A stretch of 64,000 nucleotides of DNA from Rhizomicrobium sp. (GCA_035551495.1 DASZMT010000056.1:37290-101289), one strand, 5' to 3'. Positions 1 to 9,920 are shown, counted from the first letter of the stretch. Numbers and translations: made by a program. Notes: generated by a model from the letters alone, not told the origin.

Positions 1-551
1 ATCTGCTTCTTGCCGAGGTCCTCGGCGAGATAGCGCACGCTGGCCTCGAGCGCCGCCTTGGCGACGCCCATCACGTTGTAGTGCGGCATGACCTTCTCGC
101 TGCCGTAATAGGTCAGCGTCACCATCGAGCCGCCATTCGTCATCATCTTCTCGGCGCGCTGCGCCACCGCGGTGAACGAATAGCAGGAGATGTCCATCGT
201 CATCCGGAAGTTCTCCGGCGTCGTGTCGACATAGCGGCCGTCGAGCTGGTCCTTGTCCGAGAAACCGATCGCATGCACCACGAAGTCGAGCGATGGCCAT
301 ACCTTGGCGAGGTCGGCGAAGGCGGCGTCGATGGAGCCCTGGTTCGACACGTCGCAATCGATCATCGCGGCGGGCTTCAACGGCTCGACCAGCGGCACGA
401 CGCGCTTCTTGAACACGTCGCCCTGATAGGAGAACGCGAGTTCCGCACCCGCCTTGTGCAGCGCTTCGGCGACGCCCCACGCGATGGAGCGGTTGTTCGC
501 AACGCCCATGATGAGGCCGCGCTTGCCCTTCATGAGTCCGTCAAATGACAT
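1..551 (-). CDS. fabI: Enoyl-ACP reductase FabI (3' end runs off window)
   Basis: Manual translation of the minus strand gives MSFDGLMKGKRGLIMGVANNRSIAWG...LTYYGSEKVMPHYNVMGVAKAALE, the FabI signature with YxxMxxxK. Absent from the ORF track because it is truncated at the edge. Confidence 0.95.
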   Translation of the reverse strand, partial: MSFDGLMKGKRGLIMGVANNRSIAWGVAEALHKAGAELAFSYQGDVFKKRVVPLVEPLKPAAMIDCDVSNQGSIDAAFADLAKVWPSLDFVVHAIGFSDKDQLDGRYVDTTPENFRMTMDISCYSFTAVAQRAEKMMTNGGSMVTLTYYGSEKVMPHYNVMGVAKAALEASVRYLAEDLGKKQ

Positions 552-714
552 GTCGCAACGCTCCTCGGGCGGTCCCGGTTTGGCCCCCTCTGTGGCGGGA
601 AAAGCCTCGGAATTCAAGGACTATCGCTGACGCGGGGTCAGGGGCGTTGACAGTCCGCCCGCGCCATACCCACAATTCGAAACAAGAGAGAAGACGACCT
701 CGGGAGGAACGGCC

Positions 715-1866
715 ATGGGATATGCGGGAACACGCATCATGTGCGATGCGGACAGCCACATCATGGAAACATTCGATTGGCTGAAATCCTATGCCGATCC
801 CGACATCCGCGACGCTTTGCCGGGCCTGCGCCTCGGCGGCGCGGGCAAGATGGCCGAGAAGGCGATCTCGAAGGCACAGGCCGCGCGGCTCGATGAAACC
901 ATCGTCGCGGAACAGCGGGCCAACATCATCGGCGGTTCCAAAGGCTGGGCGGCGTACGGCGCGTTCGACAAGGACGACCGCCGCAAGGCGCTCGACGATC
1001 TGGGTTTCGCGCGGCAACTCGTGTTCTCGACGTTCGCGCAGACTCAGTTCGCGTCCGAGAAGGATCCTGCGCTGCGTTACGGTGGCGCGCGGGCGCACAA
1101 CCGCGCCATGGGGGATTTCTGTGCCGGCGATTCGCGGCTGATGGGCATCGCGGTGGTGCCGCTCGACACGCCGGAGCTTGCGGTGGAGGAGATCAAGAAC
1201 GCCGCGAAGTTCGGTAACAAGGCGATCTGGATCAATGCCTCGCCCGTCGGCGGCCGCTCGCCCGGTCACGGCGATCTCGATCCGGTGTGGCAGACGATGG
1301 TCGATCTCGGTCTGCCGTTCATGCTGCACATCGGCGGCGGCACGCGCGTGATGGACAAGGCTTACGACAACAACGGCCTGCCGCGCCCGACCGACTGGCT
1401 CGGCGGCGGCGAGAACCTGCGCGTGAAGGACTACATGACGATCAGCTTCGCGGCGCAGATGTTCCTCTCCGCGATGGTGTTCGACTGCGTGTTCGAGCGC
1501 TTTCCGGCGCTGAAGGGCGGCGCGATCGAGCTCGGGGCCGGCTGGGTGCCGCACTATCTGCGCTCGCTGGATGCCGGCCAGCGCATGTTCAAGAAGACCG
1601 ACCCGCAGGTCGGCACGCTGTCGCTCAAGGCGTCGGACTACATCCGCCGCCAGGTCCGTTTCACGCCGTTCGCCGGCGAGGATGTCGGCGCGATGATCCG
1701 CGAGGCGGGTGACGAGCTGTTCCTGTTCTCCAGCGACTACCCGCATCCCGAAGGCGGCAAGGACCCGATCCGCAAATTCGACGAGACGCTGGAAGGGCTG
1801 GGCGCCGGCGCGGTGGAGAAGTTCTATCGCCGCAATTTCGAGGACATGATGAATCTTGCGGCGTAA
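715..1866 (+). CDS. Amidohydrolase family protein (Amidohydro_2-like)
   Basis: DADSH metal motif, FMLHIGG and FSSDYPHPEG; GGAGG RBS upstream. Confidence 0.85.
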   Translation: MGYAGTRIMCDADSHIMETFDWLKSYADPDIRDALPGLRLGGAGKMAEKAISKAQAARLDETIVAEQRANIIGGSKGWAAYGAFDKDDRRKALDDLGFARQLVFSTFAQTQFASEKDPALRYGGARAHNRAMGDFCAGDSRLMGIAVVPLDTPELAVEEIKNAAKFGNKAIWINASPVGGRSPGHGDLDPVWQTMVDLGLPFMLHIGGGTRVMDKAYDNNGLPRPTDWLGGGENLRVKDYMTISFAAQMFLSAMVFDCVFERFPALKGGAIELGAGWVPHYLRSLDAGQRMFKKTDPQVGTLSLKASDYIRRQVRFTPFAGEDVGAMIREAGDELFLFSSDYPHPEGGKDPIRKFDETLEGLGAGAVEKFYRRNFEDMMNLAA

Positions 1867-1896
1867 CGCCGTGATACGGCCATGCTATAAGCGGGC

Positions 1897-2817
1897 ATGA
1901 TCGAGGATTCCACGAAAGGCCGGCACTATCGCCAACTGTTGGCGCAATGTGCCGGCCTTGCGCCGCTCAAGACCGCCGTCGTGCATCCGGTGGACGCGCT
2001 TTCGCTTACCGGCGCGATCGAGGCGGCGCGCGCCAATCTGATCGTGCCCGTCCTCGTCGGACCCGAGCAGAAGATCCGCGGCGCGGCCGACGCGGCAAAG
2101 CTCGACATCGCGCCCTATACGCTGATCGCCACCGAGCACAGCCACGCGGCAGCGGCCAAGGCGGTCGAACTTGCGCGCGTGCTCGGCGTCGAAGCCATCA
2201 TGAAAGGCAGCCTGCACACCGACGAGCTGATGCACGCCGTGGTCGCAGAGCCGGCGATCCACACCGACCGCCGCATGAGCCATGTCTTTCTGATCGACGC
2301 GCCGCTCTATCCAAGGCCGCTCTACATCACCGACGCGGCGATCAACATCTATCCGACGCTCGACGACAAGCGCGACATCGTGCAGAACGCCATCGATCTG
2401 GCGCAGGCGCTCGGCGTCGCGGCGCCGAAAGTCGCGATCCTTTCCGCCGTCGAGACGGTCACCGACAAGATCAAGTCCACCATCGACGCCGCGGCGCTGT
2501 GCAAGATGGCGGACCGGCGCCAGATCACCGGCGGCGTTCTCGACGGCCCGTTGGCGTTCGACAACGCCGTCTCCGCCGAAGCCGCCGCGGCCAAGGGCAT
2601 CGTCTCGGCGGTCGCGGGCAGCGCCGACATCTTCGTCGTGCCGGATATCGAGGCCGGCAACATGCTGGCGAAGCAGCTCGAATATCTCGCCGGCGCCGAC
2701 CTGGCGGGCGTGGTGCTGGGCGCGCGCGTGCCGATCATGCTGACCAGCCGCGCCGATGGAACGCTGGCGCGGCTCAGCTCCTGCGCCGTCGCGCTGCTCA
2801 GCGTGCGCCGCAAATGA
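1897..2817 (+). CDS. pta: Phosphate acetyl/butyryltransferase
   Basis: MKGSLHTDELM, DGPLAFDNA and PDIEAGNMLAK motifs; ATGA overlap with ackA. Confidence 0.9.
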   Translation: MIEDSTKGRHYRQLLAQCAGLAPLKTAVVHPVDALSLTGAIEAARANLIVPVLVGPEQKIRGAADAAKLDIAPYTLIATEHSHAAAAKAVELARVLGVEAIMKGSLHTDELMHAVVAEPAIHTDRRMSHVFLIDAPLYPRPLYITDAAINIYPTLDDKRDIVQNAIDLAQALGVAAPKVAILSAVETVTDKIKSTIDAAALCKMADRRQITGGVLDGPLAFDNAVSAEAAAAKGIVSAVAGSADIFVVPDIEAGNMLAKQLEYLAGADLAGVVLGARVPIMLTSRADGTLARLSSCAVALLSVRRK

Positions 2818-3974
2818 ACGATACGATCCTCGTTCTCAACGCCGGATCGTCCAGCATCAAGTTCTCCCTGTTCGACGGTGCCGAAGCCTTGTGCGATGGC
2901 GCGATCGACAAGCTCGGTCCCGCTGCCGAACTGCGGGCCCACGCCGCCGATGGCGCGCCGCTGGTTCATCGAACATTGGACGCCACGACGCATGAAGACG
3001 CCTTGCGCGTCCTGCTCGACTGGCTTGAGAGCGCGTTCGCGGCAACCCGGCTGGCGGCGGCCGGCCATCGCGTGGTGCATGGCGGTACGCAGTACGTGGC
3101 CCCTGTGCGCGTGGACGACGCCGTGATGGCCGATCTGGGCGCATTGATTCCGCTCGCGCCGCTGCACCAGCCGCACAATCTCGGTGCCATCGAGGCGGTC
3201 GCCAAGCTGCATCCAGGCCTGCCGCAGGTCGCCTGTTTCGATACCGCGTTCCACGCGACACAGCCGCCGCTCGCGACGATGTTCGCGCTGCCGCAAGCCA
3301 TCACGGACCTCGGCGTGCGCCGCTACGGCTTCCACGGCCTCTCTTACGAGTACATCGCATCGCGCTTACCGGAGGTCCTCGGTCCCGGCACCGCACGCGG
3401 CCGTGTCGTGGTGGCGCATCTGGGCTCCGGCGCTAGCCTGTGCGCGTTGCGGGACGGCAAAAGCATCGCGACGACGATGAGCTTCACCGCCCTGGACGGC
3501 CTGATGATGGGCACACGCGCCGGCGCCATCGATCCCGGCGTGGTCCTCTATCTGCTCGAAGAGCGCCGCATGGGTGCCGCCGAGATCGGCGATCTTCTCT
3601 ACAAGCAATCCGGTCTTCTCGGCGTCTCGGGCGTCAGCGACGACATGCGCGTGCTGGAGGCCAGCGCCGATCCCCGCGCCAAGCTCGCCATCGACCTCTT
3701 CGCCTATCGCGTCGGGCGCGAGCTGGGCTCGCTGGCCGCGGCGCTGGGTGGCCTCGACGCGCTGGTCTTCACGGCGGGCATCGGCGAGCATTCGGCACGG
3801 ATCCGGCGCCGCGTGTGCGAGGACGCGGGCTGGCTCGGCATCGAGCTGGACGACGCGGCGAATGCGCGCGGCGACATCTGCATCTCGCAAAGCCGCGTGT
3901 CGGCCTGGGTGGTGCCGACGAACGAGGATCTGATGATCGCCCGTCACACCGCCGCCTGCCTCGGGGCCGGTTGA
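2814..3974 (+). CDS. ackA: Acetate/propionate kinase
   Basis: LNAGSSSIKF, GHRVVHGG, PLHQP, CFDTAFH, YGFHGLSY, HLGSGAS and FTAGIGE. True start is at 2814 inside the 1947 ORF. Confidence 0.95.
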   Translation: MNDTILVLNAGSSSIKFSLFDGAEALCDGAIDKLGPAAELRAHAADGAPLVHRTLDATTHEDALRVLLDWLESAFAATRLAAAGHRVVHGGTQYVAPVRVDDAVMADLGALIPLAPLHQPHNLGAIEAVAKLHPGLPQVACFDTAFHATQPPLATMFALPQAITDLGVRRYGFHGLSYEYIASRLPEVLGPGTARGRVVVAHLGSGASLCALRDGKSIATTMSFTALDGLMMGTRAGAIDPGVVLYLLEERRMGAAEIGDLLYKQSGLLGVSGVSDDMRVLEASADPRAKLAIDLFAYRVGRELGSLAAALGGLDALVFTAGIGEHSARIRRRVCEDAGWLGIELDDAANARGDICISQSRVSAWVVPTNEDLMIARHTAACLGAG

Positions 3975-4030
3975 ACCGCGCGCCGTTCCTTGCCACCATT
4001 GCCCCAACAACCATCCCAGGACGCTTCCCC

Positions 4031-5287
4031 ATGGACAAAGTCGTGACCAACCCCAAGGGCTTCGCCGCCGAAGGCCTTGCCAAGATCGCGCCGACCCTGA
4101 CGCCCATCGCCGAATCCGGCGATCTCTCCGGCTTCGTCACGCTGCTCTTCCGGCATGGCGAAATCGCGCAGGTCAACACCATCGGCCACCGCGACCTCGA
4201 GAAGAAGCTGCCCATGGAGCGCGACACGCTCTTCCGCATCGCTTCGATGACCAAGCCGGTCACCTCCATCGCCGCGCTGATGTTGATGGAGGAGGGCAAG
4301 TTCAAGCTCGACGATCCCATCACAAAGTGGGCGCCGGAGTTCGCCAACATGCGCGTGCTGAAGGATGCGCAAGGCCCGCTGGACGCCACCGAGCCGGCGG
4401 CGCGCGACATCACGTTCGACGACCTCTTCACCCATCGCGGCGGCCTCGCCTACGGCTTCTCCTCGCTCGGCCCTATCGCGCACGAATATCAGCGCGTGCT
4501 CGGCGACGTGCTCTCCAACGACACGACCTCCGACGAATGGATGAAGAAGCTTGCCAGCCTGCCGCTGCTCTACCAGCCCGGTGAGCGCTTCCACTACAGC
4601 CACTCGACCGACGTGCTCGGATTCCTCGCCGGCCGCATCGCCGGCATGCCGTTCCGCGATTTCCTGACGCAGCGCATCTTCGGGCCGCTCGGCATGAGCG
4701 ACACCGATTTCTACGTGCCGCCGCAAAAGCGCGCCCGCGCCGCGGTCGTCTACCGGATGAACAACGAGAAGAACGTGCTGGAGCCGCTGCCGTTCAAGCA
4801 ATACGACGCGCCGCCCGCCTTCTGCGGCGGCGGCGGCGGACTGATCTCGACCGCCGACGACTACCTCAAATTCGCCCGCATGATGATGAACAAGGGCGAG
4901 CTCGACGGCACGCGTCTCGTCACGCCCGCGACCGTCGAATTGATGTGCACCAACCGGCTGACGCCGGCCCAGCGCGCCATTCCATTCCTCGGCGCCATCC
5001 CGATGTGGGATGGCATGGGCTTCGGTCTCGGCGTCAGCGTGGTCGACGCGCCGGAGAAGCTCGGTTTCCTCGGCATGGGGGGCGTCGGCAGCTTCGGTTG
5101 GCCGGGCGCCTTCGGCACCTGGTGGCAGGCCGATCCGGCGAACGACTTGATCATGATCTACCTGATCCAGAACTCGATGCCGCTGGAGCCCGGTGCGATG
5201 GCGAACCTCGCCGCCGGCCAGCGCATGGCCGGCCGCCTTGCCCTGCCGATGTTCCAGCGCATGACCTATGAGGCGCTGACGAAATAG
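4031..5287 (+). CDS. Serine hydrolase, beta-lactamase class C/EstB-like esterase family
   Basis: FRIASMTK (SxxK), LFTHRGGL, FHYSHSTD and FGWPGAFGT. Confidence 0.85.
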   Translation: MDKVVTNPKGFAAEGLAKIAPTLTPIAESGDLSGFVTLLFRHGEIAQVNTIGHRDLEKKLPMERDTLFRIASMTKPVTSIAALMLMEEGKFKLDDPITKWAPEFANMRVLKDAQGPLDATEPAARDITFDDLFTHRGGLAYGFSSLGPIAHEYQRVLGDVLSNDTTSDEWMKKLASLPLLYQPGERFHYSHSTDVLGFLAGRIAGMPFRDFLTQRIFGPLGMSDTDFYVPPQKRARAAVVYRMNNEKNVLEPLPFKQYDAPPAFCGGGGGLISTADDYLKFARMMMNKGELDGTRLVTPATVELMCTNRLTPAQRAIPFLGAIPMWDGMGFGLGVSVVDAPEKLGFLGMGGVGSFGWPGAFGTWWQADPANDLIMIYLIQNSMPLEPGAMANLAAGQRMAGRLALPMFQRMTYEALTK

Positions 5288-5458
5288 CGCCCGGCGCGGC
5301 GCGGCAACAATTCCTGGGATTGCATGTTCGGTCCGATGCGCGAGGCCATGACGGTCGGCAAGGTCGATGGCGTTGGCGGCTTCTGGGACGGCGCGGCGCG
5401 CGCCGCCTATCTCGCAGGCGTGCTGCACCTGCCGGTCCGCGACCTCAAGGGCAGATGA

Positions 5459-6379
5459 TCATCCCCCGTGGGTGCGCCGGTATTCGCGGTACTCGCCGCC
5501 GAACGGCGCCGCCGCCTTGCCCAATGCCCGCGCGAAGGTGAAGACCGCGCGGGTGCGCCGCGCCGGATCCAGCATCTCGAACGGCGAGACCACCAGCGCC
5601 CCGGCCAGTTTGCCGCTCTCGCGCGCCAGCGTGCCCAGCGAGCGGTCGTATTTGCGCGTGATGCGCAGATCGCAATTGCCGGCGCGAAAGGCGCGCGCCA
5701 GGGCCCAACTGAAGCGCATCCGCGATTCCGGGATGGACGTATAAGCGACCGCCTCCTGCGCCCACGCGAACCGCGCGCCGAGGCTTTCCATATGCGCGAA
5801 GAAGTCCTTGTCCTCGCCGCCCGTCAGTCCGAATTGCGGATCGAACCACAGACGCTCGGCGGCCGTCAGGCAGCGGCTCGACACCAGCACGTTGCCGCCG
5901 GCATCGGCACGCGGGATGAGGCCGGAGCCCACGCGCGGTGGCACGCAGGTGTTCGACAGCACTGCCCAGTCTGCCGGCGCGGCGGCGAACTCGCACAGCA
6001 CCGGGCCCTGCACGATGTCGGCGCCGGTCTCGTGCTGCACGGCGAGCAGGGCGCCCAGCCAGTCGCGCGACGGCCACTCGTCGTCGTCGAGCATGGCGAG
6101 GAAGAAATCGTCATCGGTCCGCGCCAGCGCATGCGCCACCAGCGCGTTGCGCGCCTGCGAGATGCCGCGCTCCTTCACCGCGAAGCCCTCGACCGGCCAG
6201 CGATAGCCGTCGCGCACCAGCGTGCCGGCCGCTTCGAGGCCGGCCCGTCCGTGCGCATCGTTGTCGGCGATAAGGATGGTGACCGCTGCATCGGTATCGA
6301 GCGCCGCGAGCGCATGCAGCAGCCGCGTCAGGCCATGCGGCCTGCGGAAGGTGGGTATGGCGATGACGATGTCGGTCAT
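5459..6379 (-). CDS. Glycosyltransferase family 2
   Basis: IAIPTFRR, ILIADND, GISQARN, MLDDDEW (DxD) and GGEDKDFF. Confidence 0.88.
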   Translation of the reverse strand: MTDIVIAIPTFRRPHGLTRLLHALAALDTDAAVTILIADNDAHGRAGLEAAGTLVRDGYRWPVEGFAVKERGISQARNALVAHALARTDDDFFLAMLDDDEWPSRDWLGALLAVQHETGADIVQGPVLCEFAAAPADWAVLSNTCVPPRVGSGLIPRADAGGNVLVSSRCLTAAERLWFDPQFGLTGGEDKDFFAHMESLGARFAWAQEAVAYTSIPESRMRFSWALARAFRAGNCDLRITRKYDRSLGTLARESGKLAGALVVSPFEMLDPARRTRAVFTFARALGKAAAPFGGEYREYRRTHGG

Positions 6380-6523
6380 GACACGGCTCTTTCGCGTTCG
6401 GGTTCCGGCGTACGCGCGACACCGCGAAGGGCCAATCGGCGGCGTGTTGCTTGGTAAATGCGGGTTGATCCGAAGCGGTACAGGCAATTTTCTTCATACT
6501 GTTTTGCGGTATGTATTTATTGT

Positions 6524-6552
6524 TTGACAGAAAGTGTTTGCTGTCATATAGA
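6524..6552 (+). promoter_or_regulatory. Sigma70 promoter TTGACA-N17-TATAGA overlapped by palindrome TGACAG-N10-CTGTCA
   Basis: Read directly. AT-rich island upstream of the DUF2975-HTH operon. Confidence 0.75.
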
Positions 6553-6578
6553 ACGTTAAATCTTGGAGAGAAAGCGCC

Positions 6579-7175
6579 GTGGCTGACGTCCTCGATTTCC
6601 CGCAGTCCACCGTCGCGCCGATCGAAGCGCCGCGCCGTCTGATGAAGCTCAGCCGTGCGCTGTCGTTGCTCTTCGCCGTTTTGATTGCGCTGTCGCTGAT
6701 CTGGACGCTTGGCGCGGCGGTGGTGGCCTTTATCTTTCCGGACCACGCGTTGATCGGCGCGCAAGGCGTATGGCTCGAATTTCCGCATCCGCCGCAAGCG
6801 CATCCCGGCTTCGTGGTGTTCGCATCGCAGCCCTTCGTCACGCGCCTCGCCGGTTTCGTCGACGTCGTCATCGCCATCGCGCCTCTCGCGGCGGTGTGCT
6901 GGCATCTGCGCGCGCTGTTCGCCCTCTATGCGCGCGGCATCGTCTTCGCGCACGCGAACGCGACGCACCTGAAGCGTGTCGGGCTGTGGCTGCTTGCCTA
7001 TCCGGCGGCCAAGCTCGCCGCCAACCTGTTGTTCCGCGCCTTCGGCGGCACAGACACGGCCTGGGCGCAGGCGGCGCTGCTCTATGCCCTTCTGCTCGGC
7101 GCCGTGGTGACCGTCATCGCGCAGGTGATGGAGCTCGGCCGCGAGATCGAAGAAGAAAAGGACTCGTTCGTCTGA
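6579..7175 (+). CDS. DUF2975-like membrane protein
   Basis: About 4 hydrophobic helices; C-terminal VIAQVMELGREIEEEKDSFV; coupled to an HTH gene; GGAGAG RBS and GTG start. Confidence 0.8.
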   Translation: MADVLDFPQSTVAPIEAPRRLMKLSRALSLLFAVLIALSLIWTLGAAVVAFIFPDHALIGAQGVWLEFPHPPQAHPGFVVFASQPFVTRLAGFVDVVIAIAPLAAVCWHLRALFALYARGIVFAHANATHLKRVGLWLLAYPAAKLAANLLFRAFGGTDTAWAQAALLYALLLGAVVTVIAQVMELGREIEEEKDSFV

Positions 7176-7408
7176 TGCCCATCCTCGTCCGCCTCGATGT
7201 CATGCTCGCCAAGCGCCAGGTGCGCTCCAACGAACTCGCGCGCGCCATCGGCATCACGGAATCGAACCTGTCGCTGCTGAAGTCCGGCAAGGTGCGCGGC
7301 ATGCGCTTCTCCACGCTGGAGGCGATCTGCAAGCATCTCAAATGCCAGCCGGGCGACATCCTCGAATATGTCGACGAGACGCGCGCGCGGCTGCGGCGAA
7401 CCGCCTGA
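7175..7408 (+). CDS. Cro/C1-type (YozG-like) HTH transcriptional regulator
   Basis: MPILVRLDVMLAKR...ELARAIGITESNLSLLKSGKVRGMRFSTLEAICKHLKCQPGDILEY; TGATG overlap. Confidence 0.92.
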   Translation: MPILVRLDVMLAKRQVRSNELARAIGITESNLSLLKSGKVRGMRFSTLEAICKHLKCQPGDILEYVDETRARLRRTA

Positions 7409-7419
7409 CGGAGACCACC

Positions 7420-8691
7420 ATGCGAGCCTTGAAGAACGCGCTTTGCGCGATGCTGTTCTGCGCCGTCGGCGGATGCATCCGGCTGCCGCCGGTGGCCGAT
7501 TTCTCGCACGCCGTGACGGCAAACGGCGCCACCGCGACGGTGCCGGTCACGCTCGACGACAATCGCGTCTTTGTGGAGATCGCCTTCGTCCGCCCCGATG
7601 GCGGCACGCGCAAGGCGCTGGCCTGGATCAACCAGGGGCAGGGCGGCTTGGTGTTGTCGAACGCACTTTACCGCGAACTCGACCCGCAAAAGACGCTTCG
7701 CCTGCGCATCGGAACGCTGGACATCGCCGTTGACGCCGCCGCCGTACAGCCGGAGTCGATCGCCAACGACGCCACCATCAGCCTCGATCCCTTCGCCGGG
7801 CCGCCGAGCGCGCGCGACGCCGCGAAAGGCCCCGGCGGCGAGATGGCGGCGTTCGCCGCGCCGATGCCGGTCGAGGCGATCCTGCCGCCGGGCCTGTTGC
7901 AGCATTTCGTCGTCACCTTCGACTATGGCGCAAAGACCCTGACGCTCGCGCCGGCCGGCGGCGCGCAACCCGAGGGCACGCCCGTCCCGATCCGCGTCGA
8001 TCCGTGCACGGGCTTCGCGATGCTGGACGTGACGATCGATGGCACGCCGCATGTCTTCGTGCTCGACGACGGCGGCAGCTACAGCGGCATCCGCGACGCC
8101 GATCCGCTGACCAAGGCGCATCCCGATTGGCTGCGCGCCTCGGGCGGCGTCGGCCCCGCGAACCTCGTGATGCAGGCGAGCGATATCGCGCCTGTGGTGA
8201 AGGTGCCGCGCGTGCGCGCCGGCGCGCTGTCGCTCGACGACGTCGGCCTGATCCAGATGGGCAGCGGCGTCGTCGGCCGCCTGTTCTTCGACCGCATCTA
8301 TTCCGTCAAGGCGGGCGAGACCGTCGACGGCATGATCGGCGGCAATGTGCTGGGGCGCTATCGCCTCACGATCGATTATCCCGCGCGGATGACCTATTGG
8401 CAGGCCGTGGCGCCTGCCGATACGCACGACCTCGACCAGGTCGGCTTGGTGCTCCAGCGCGATCACGTCCACACGACCATCGCCGCTGTCGCGCAGAAGA
8501 ACGGCACGGATACCGTCGCCGGCGTTGCGGAGGGCGACGCGCTGCTCGCGATCGACGGCGCCGGCACCGCGACGATGACGCGCGGCGAGCTCCACGCCGC
8601 GCTGCACGGCACGCCCGGTACCCGCAGGCATCTGTGGCTGGAGCGCGACGGCAGGCGCTTCACCGTCGACGTGCCGGTCACGGCGTTCTAG
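7420..8691 (+). CDS. Exported retropepsin-like (aspartyl protease fold) protein with C-terminal PDZ-like domain, possible lipoprotein
   Basis: Signal ending AVGGC; VLDDGGS and GMIGGNVL retropepsin-like motifs; GVAEGDALLAIDG PDZ-like segment. Confidence 0.65.
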   Translation: MRALKNALCAMLFCAVGGCIRLPPVADFSHAVTANGATATVPVTLDDNRVFVEIAFVRPDGGTRKALAWINQGQGGLVLSNALYRELDPQKTLRLRIGTLDIAVDAAAVQPESIANDATISLDPFAGPPSARDAAKGPGGEMAAFAAPMPVEAILPPGLLQHFVVTFDYGAKTLTLAPAGGAQPEGTPVPIRVDPCTGFAMLDVTIDGTPHVFVLDDGGSYSGIRDADPLTKAHPDWLRASGGVGPANLVMQASDIAPVVKVPRVRAGALSLDDVGLIQMGSGVVGRLFFDRIYSVKAGETVDGMIGGNVLGRYRLTIDYPARMTYWQAVAPADTHDLDQVGLVLQRDHVHTTIAAVAQKNGTDTVAGVAEGDALLAIDGAGTATMTRGELHAALHGTPGTRRHLWLERDGRRFTVDVPVTAF

Positions 8692-9920
8692 GAATTGATC
8701 TGCGCCTTCTGCACCGAGGCGCGCACCACCGGTATCTGATCGTCGGCCAGCGGCGCCATCCATTTCTTGCGCGCCATCGCCGCGGCGATATAGGGCGCCA
8801 GCTCCGCCGCCTTCTTCGCCTCGCGCGCCGCGACCTGCGCCTTGAAGCGCGGCATCACGGCGGCGGCGAACAGCTCCAGGCTCTCGCAGATGTGCTGATG
8901 CCGGTTGCGCCCCGCCTGTTGCAGGAAGATCACCTGGTCGATGCCGGCCGCCTGGAAGCCGTCGATATGTGCCGCGATATCGTCCGGCGTGCCGATGCCG
9001 TTGGCGTTGCGCGCCGCGCCCTTGGTTGCCGCGATGATCTCGTCGTCCTGCCGCGCCCGCGACTTCAGGAAGTCGGCGAATAGCGACGAGCGGCCGGGCA
9101 CCGTGTCGTGCGCCACCAGCGCGTTGATCGCATAGGAGAAGAACTCGAAGCCCTCCTGGCCGCGCCGTATCGCCTCCGCGCGGTCGGGATGCACCGAGAA
9201 GTTCGAAACCATCGCGATGTTCGCGTTCACCGCATGGCCCAGCGGCACGCACTGATCGGACTTGATGATGCCGTAGTAGATGTCGGCCCAGGTCTTGGCC
9301 TCGCCCGGATCGACGAAAGAGAAGGCGAGCGCGCCGATGCCGTTCTGCGCCGCGATCTTGATCGTCTCGCGATTGGTGCACGCCATCCAGATCGGCGGAT
9401 GCGGCTTCTGCACAGGCTTGGGCACGATGTTGCGGCAGGGAAACGAGAAGCTCCTGCCCTCATAGCCGGGGTAAGGCGTCATCGCCATCATGTTGGCGAT
9501 CTGCTCCGCCGCCTCCAGCGCCATGGCGCGTTTCTCGCGCGCCGGAATGGAGAAGCCGCCGAGCTCGAGCCGCGTCGCACCCTCGCCGATGCCGAAATCC
9601 AGCCGCCCGTTCGACACGATGTCGAGCGTGCCGAGCCCTTCCGCCGTACGCGCCGGGTGGTTGTAGTTCGCGATCACCTGGCGGATGCCGTGGCCGACGC
9701 GGATGGTCTTCGTCAGCGCCGCGCAGGCCGACAGGAACACCTCGGGCGCCGAGGAGTGCGAATACTCCTCAAGGAAGTGGTGCTCCACCTCCCACGCATA
9801 GTCGTAGCCGAGCCTGTCGGCGAGGACGACCTGATCCAGCGCCTCGTGGAAAAGCCGCGCCTCGTCGCCCTCGTTCCAGGGCTTGGGCAGCTGGTGCTCG
9901 TAGAAGATGCCGAACCGCAT
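8688..9920 (-). CDS. LLM-class (luciferase-like) flavin-dependent monooxygenase
   Basis: MRFGIFYEHQLP, WEVEHHFLEEYSHS, LDIVSNGRLDFGIG and PKPVQKPHPP. Confidence 0.92.
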   Translation of the reverse strand: MRFGIFYEHQLPKPWNEGDEARLFHEALDQVVLADRLGYDYAWEVEHHFLEEYSHSSAPEVFLSACAALTKTIRVGHGIRQVIANYNHPARTAEGLGTLDIVSNGRLDFGIGEGATRLELGGFSIPAREKRAMALEAAEQIANMMAMTPYPGYEGRSFSFPCRNIVPKPVQKPHPPIWMACTNRETIKIAAQNGIGALAFSFVDPGEAKTWADIYYGIIKSDQCVPLGHAVNANIAMVSNFSVHPDRAEAIRRGQEGFEFFSYAINALVAHDTVPGRSSLFADFLKSRARQDDEIIAATKGAARNANGIGTPDDIAAHIDGFQAAGIDQVIFLQQAGRNRHQHICESLELFAAAVMPRFKAQVAAREAKKAAELAPYIAAAMARKKWMAPLADDQIPVVRASVQKAQINS

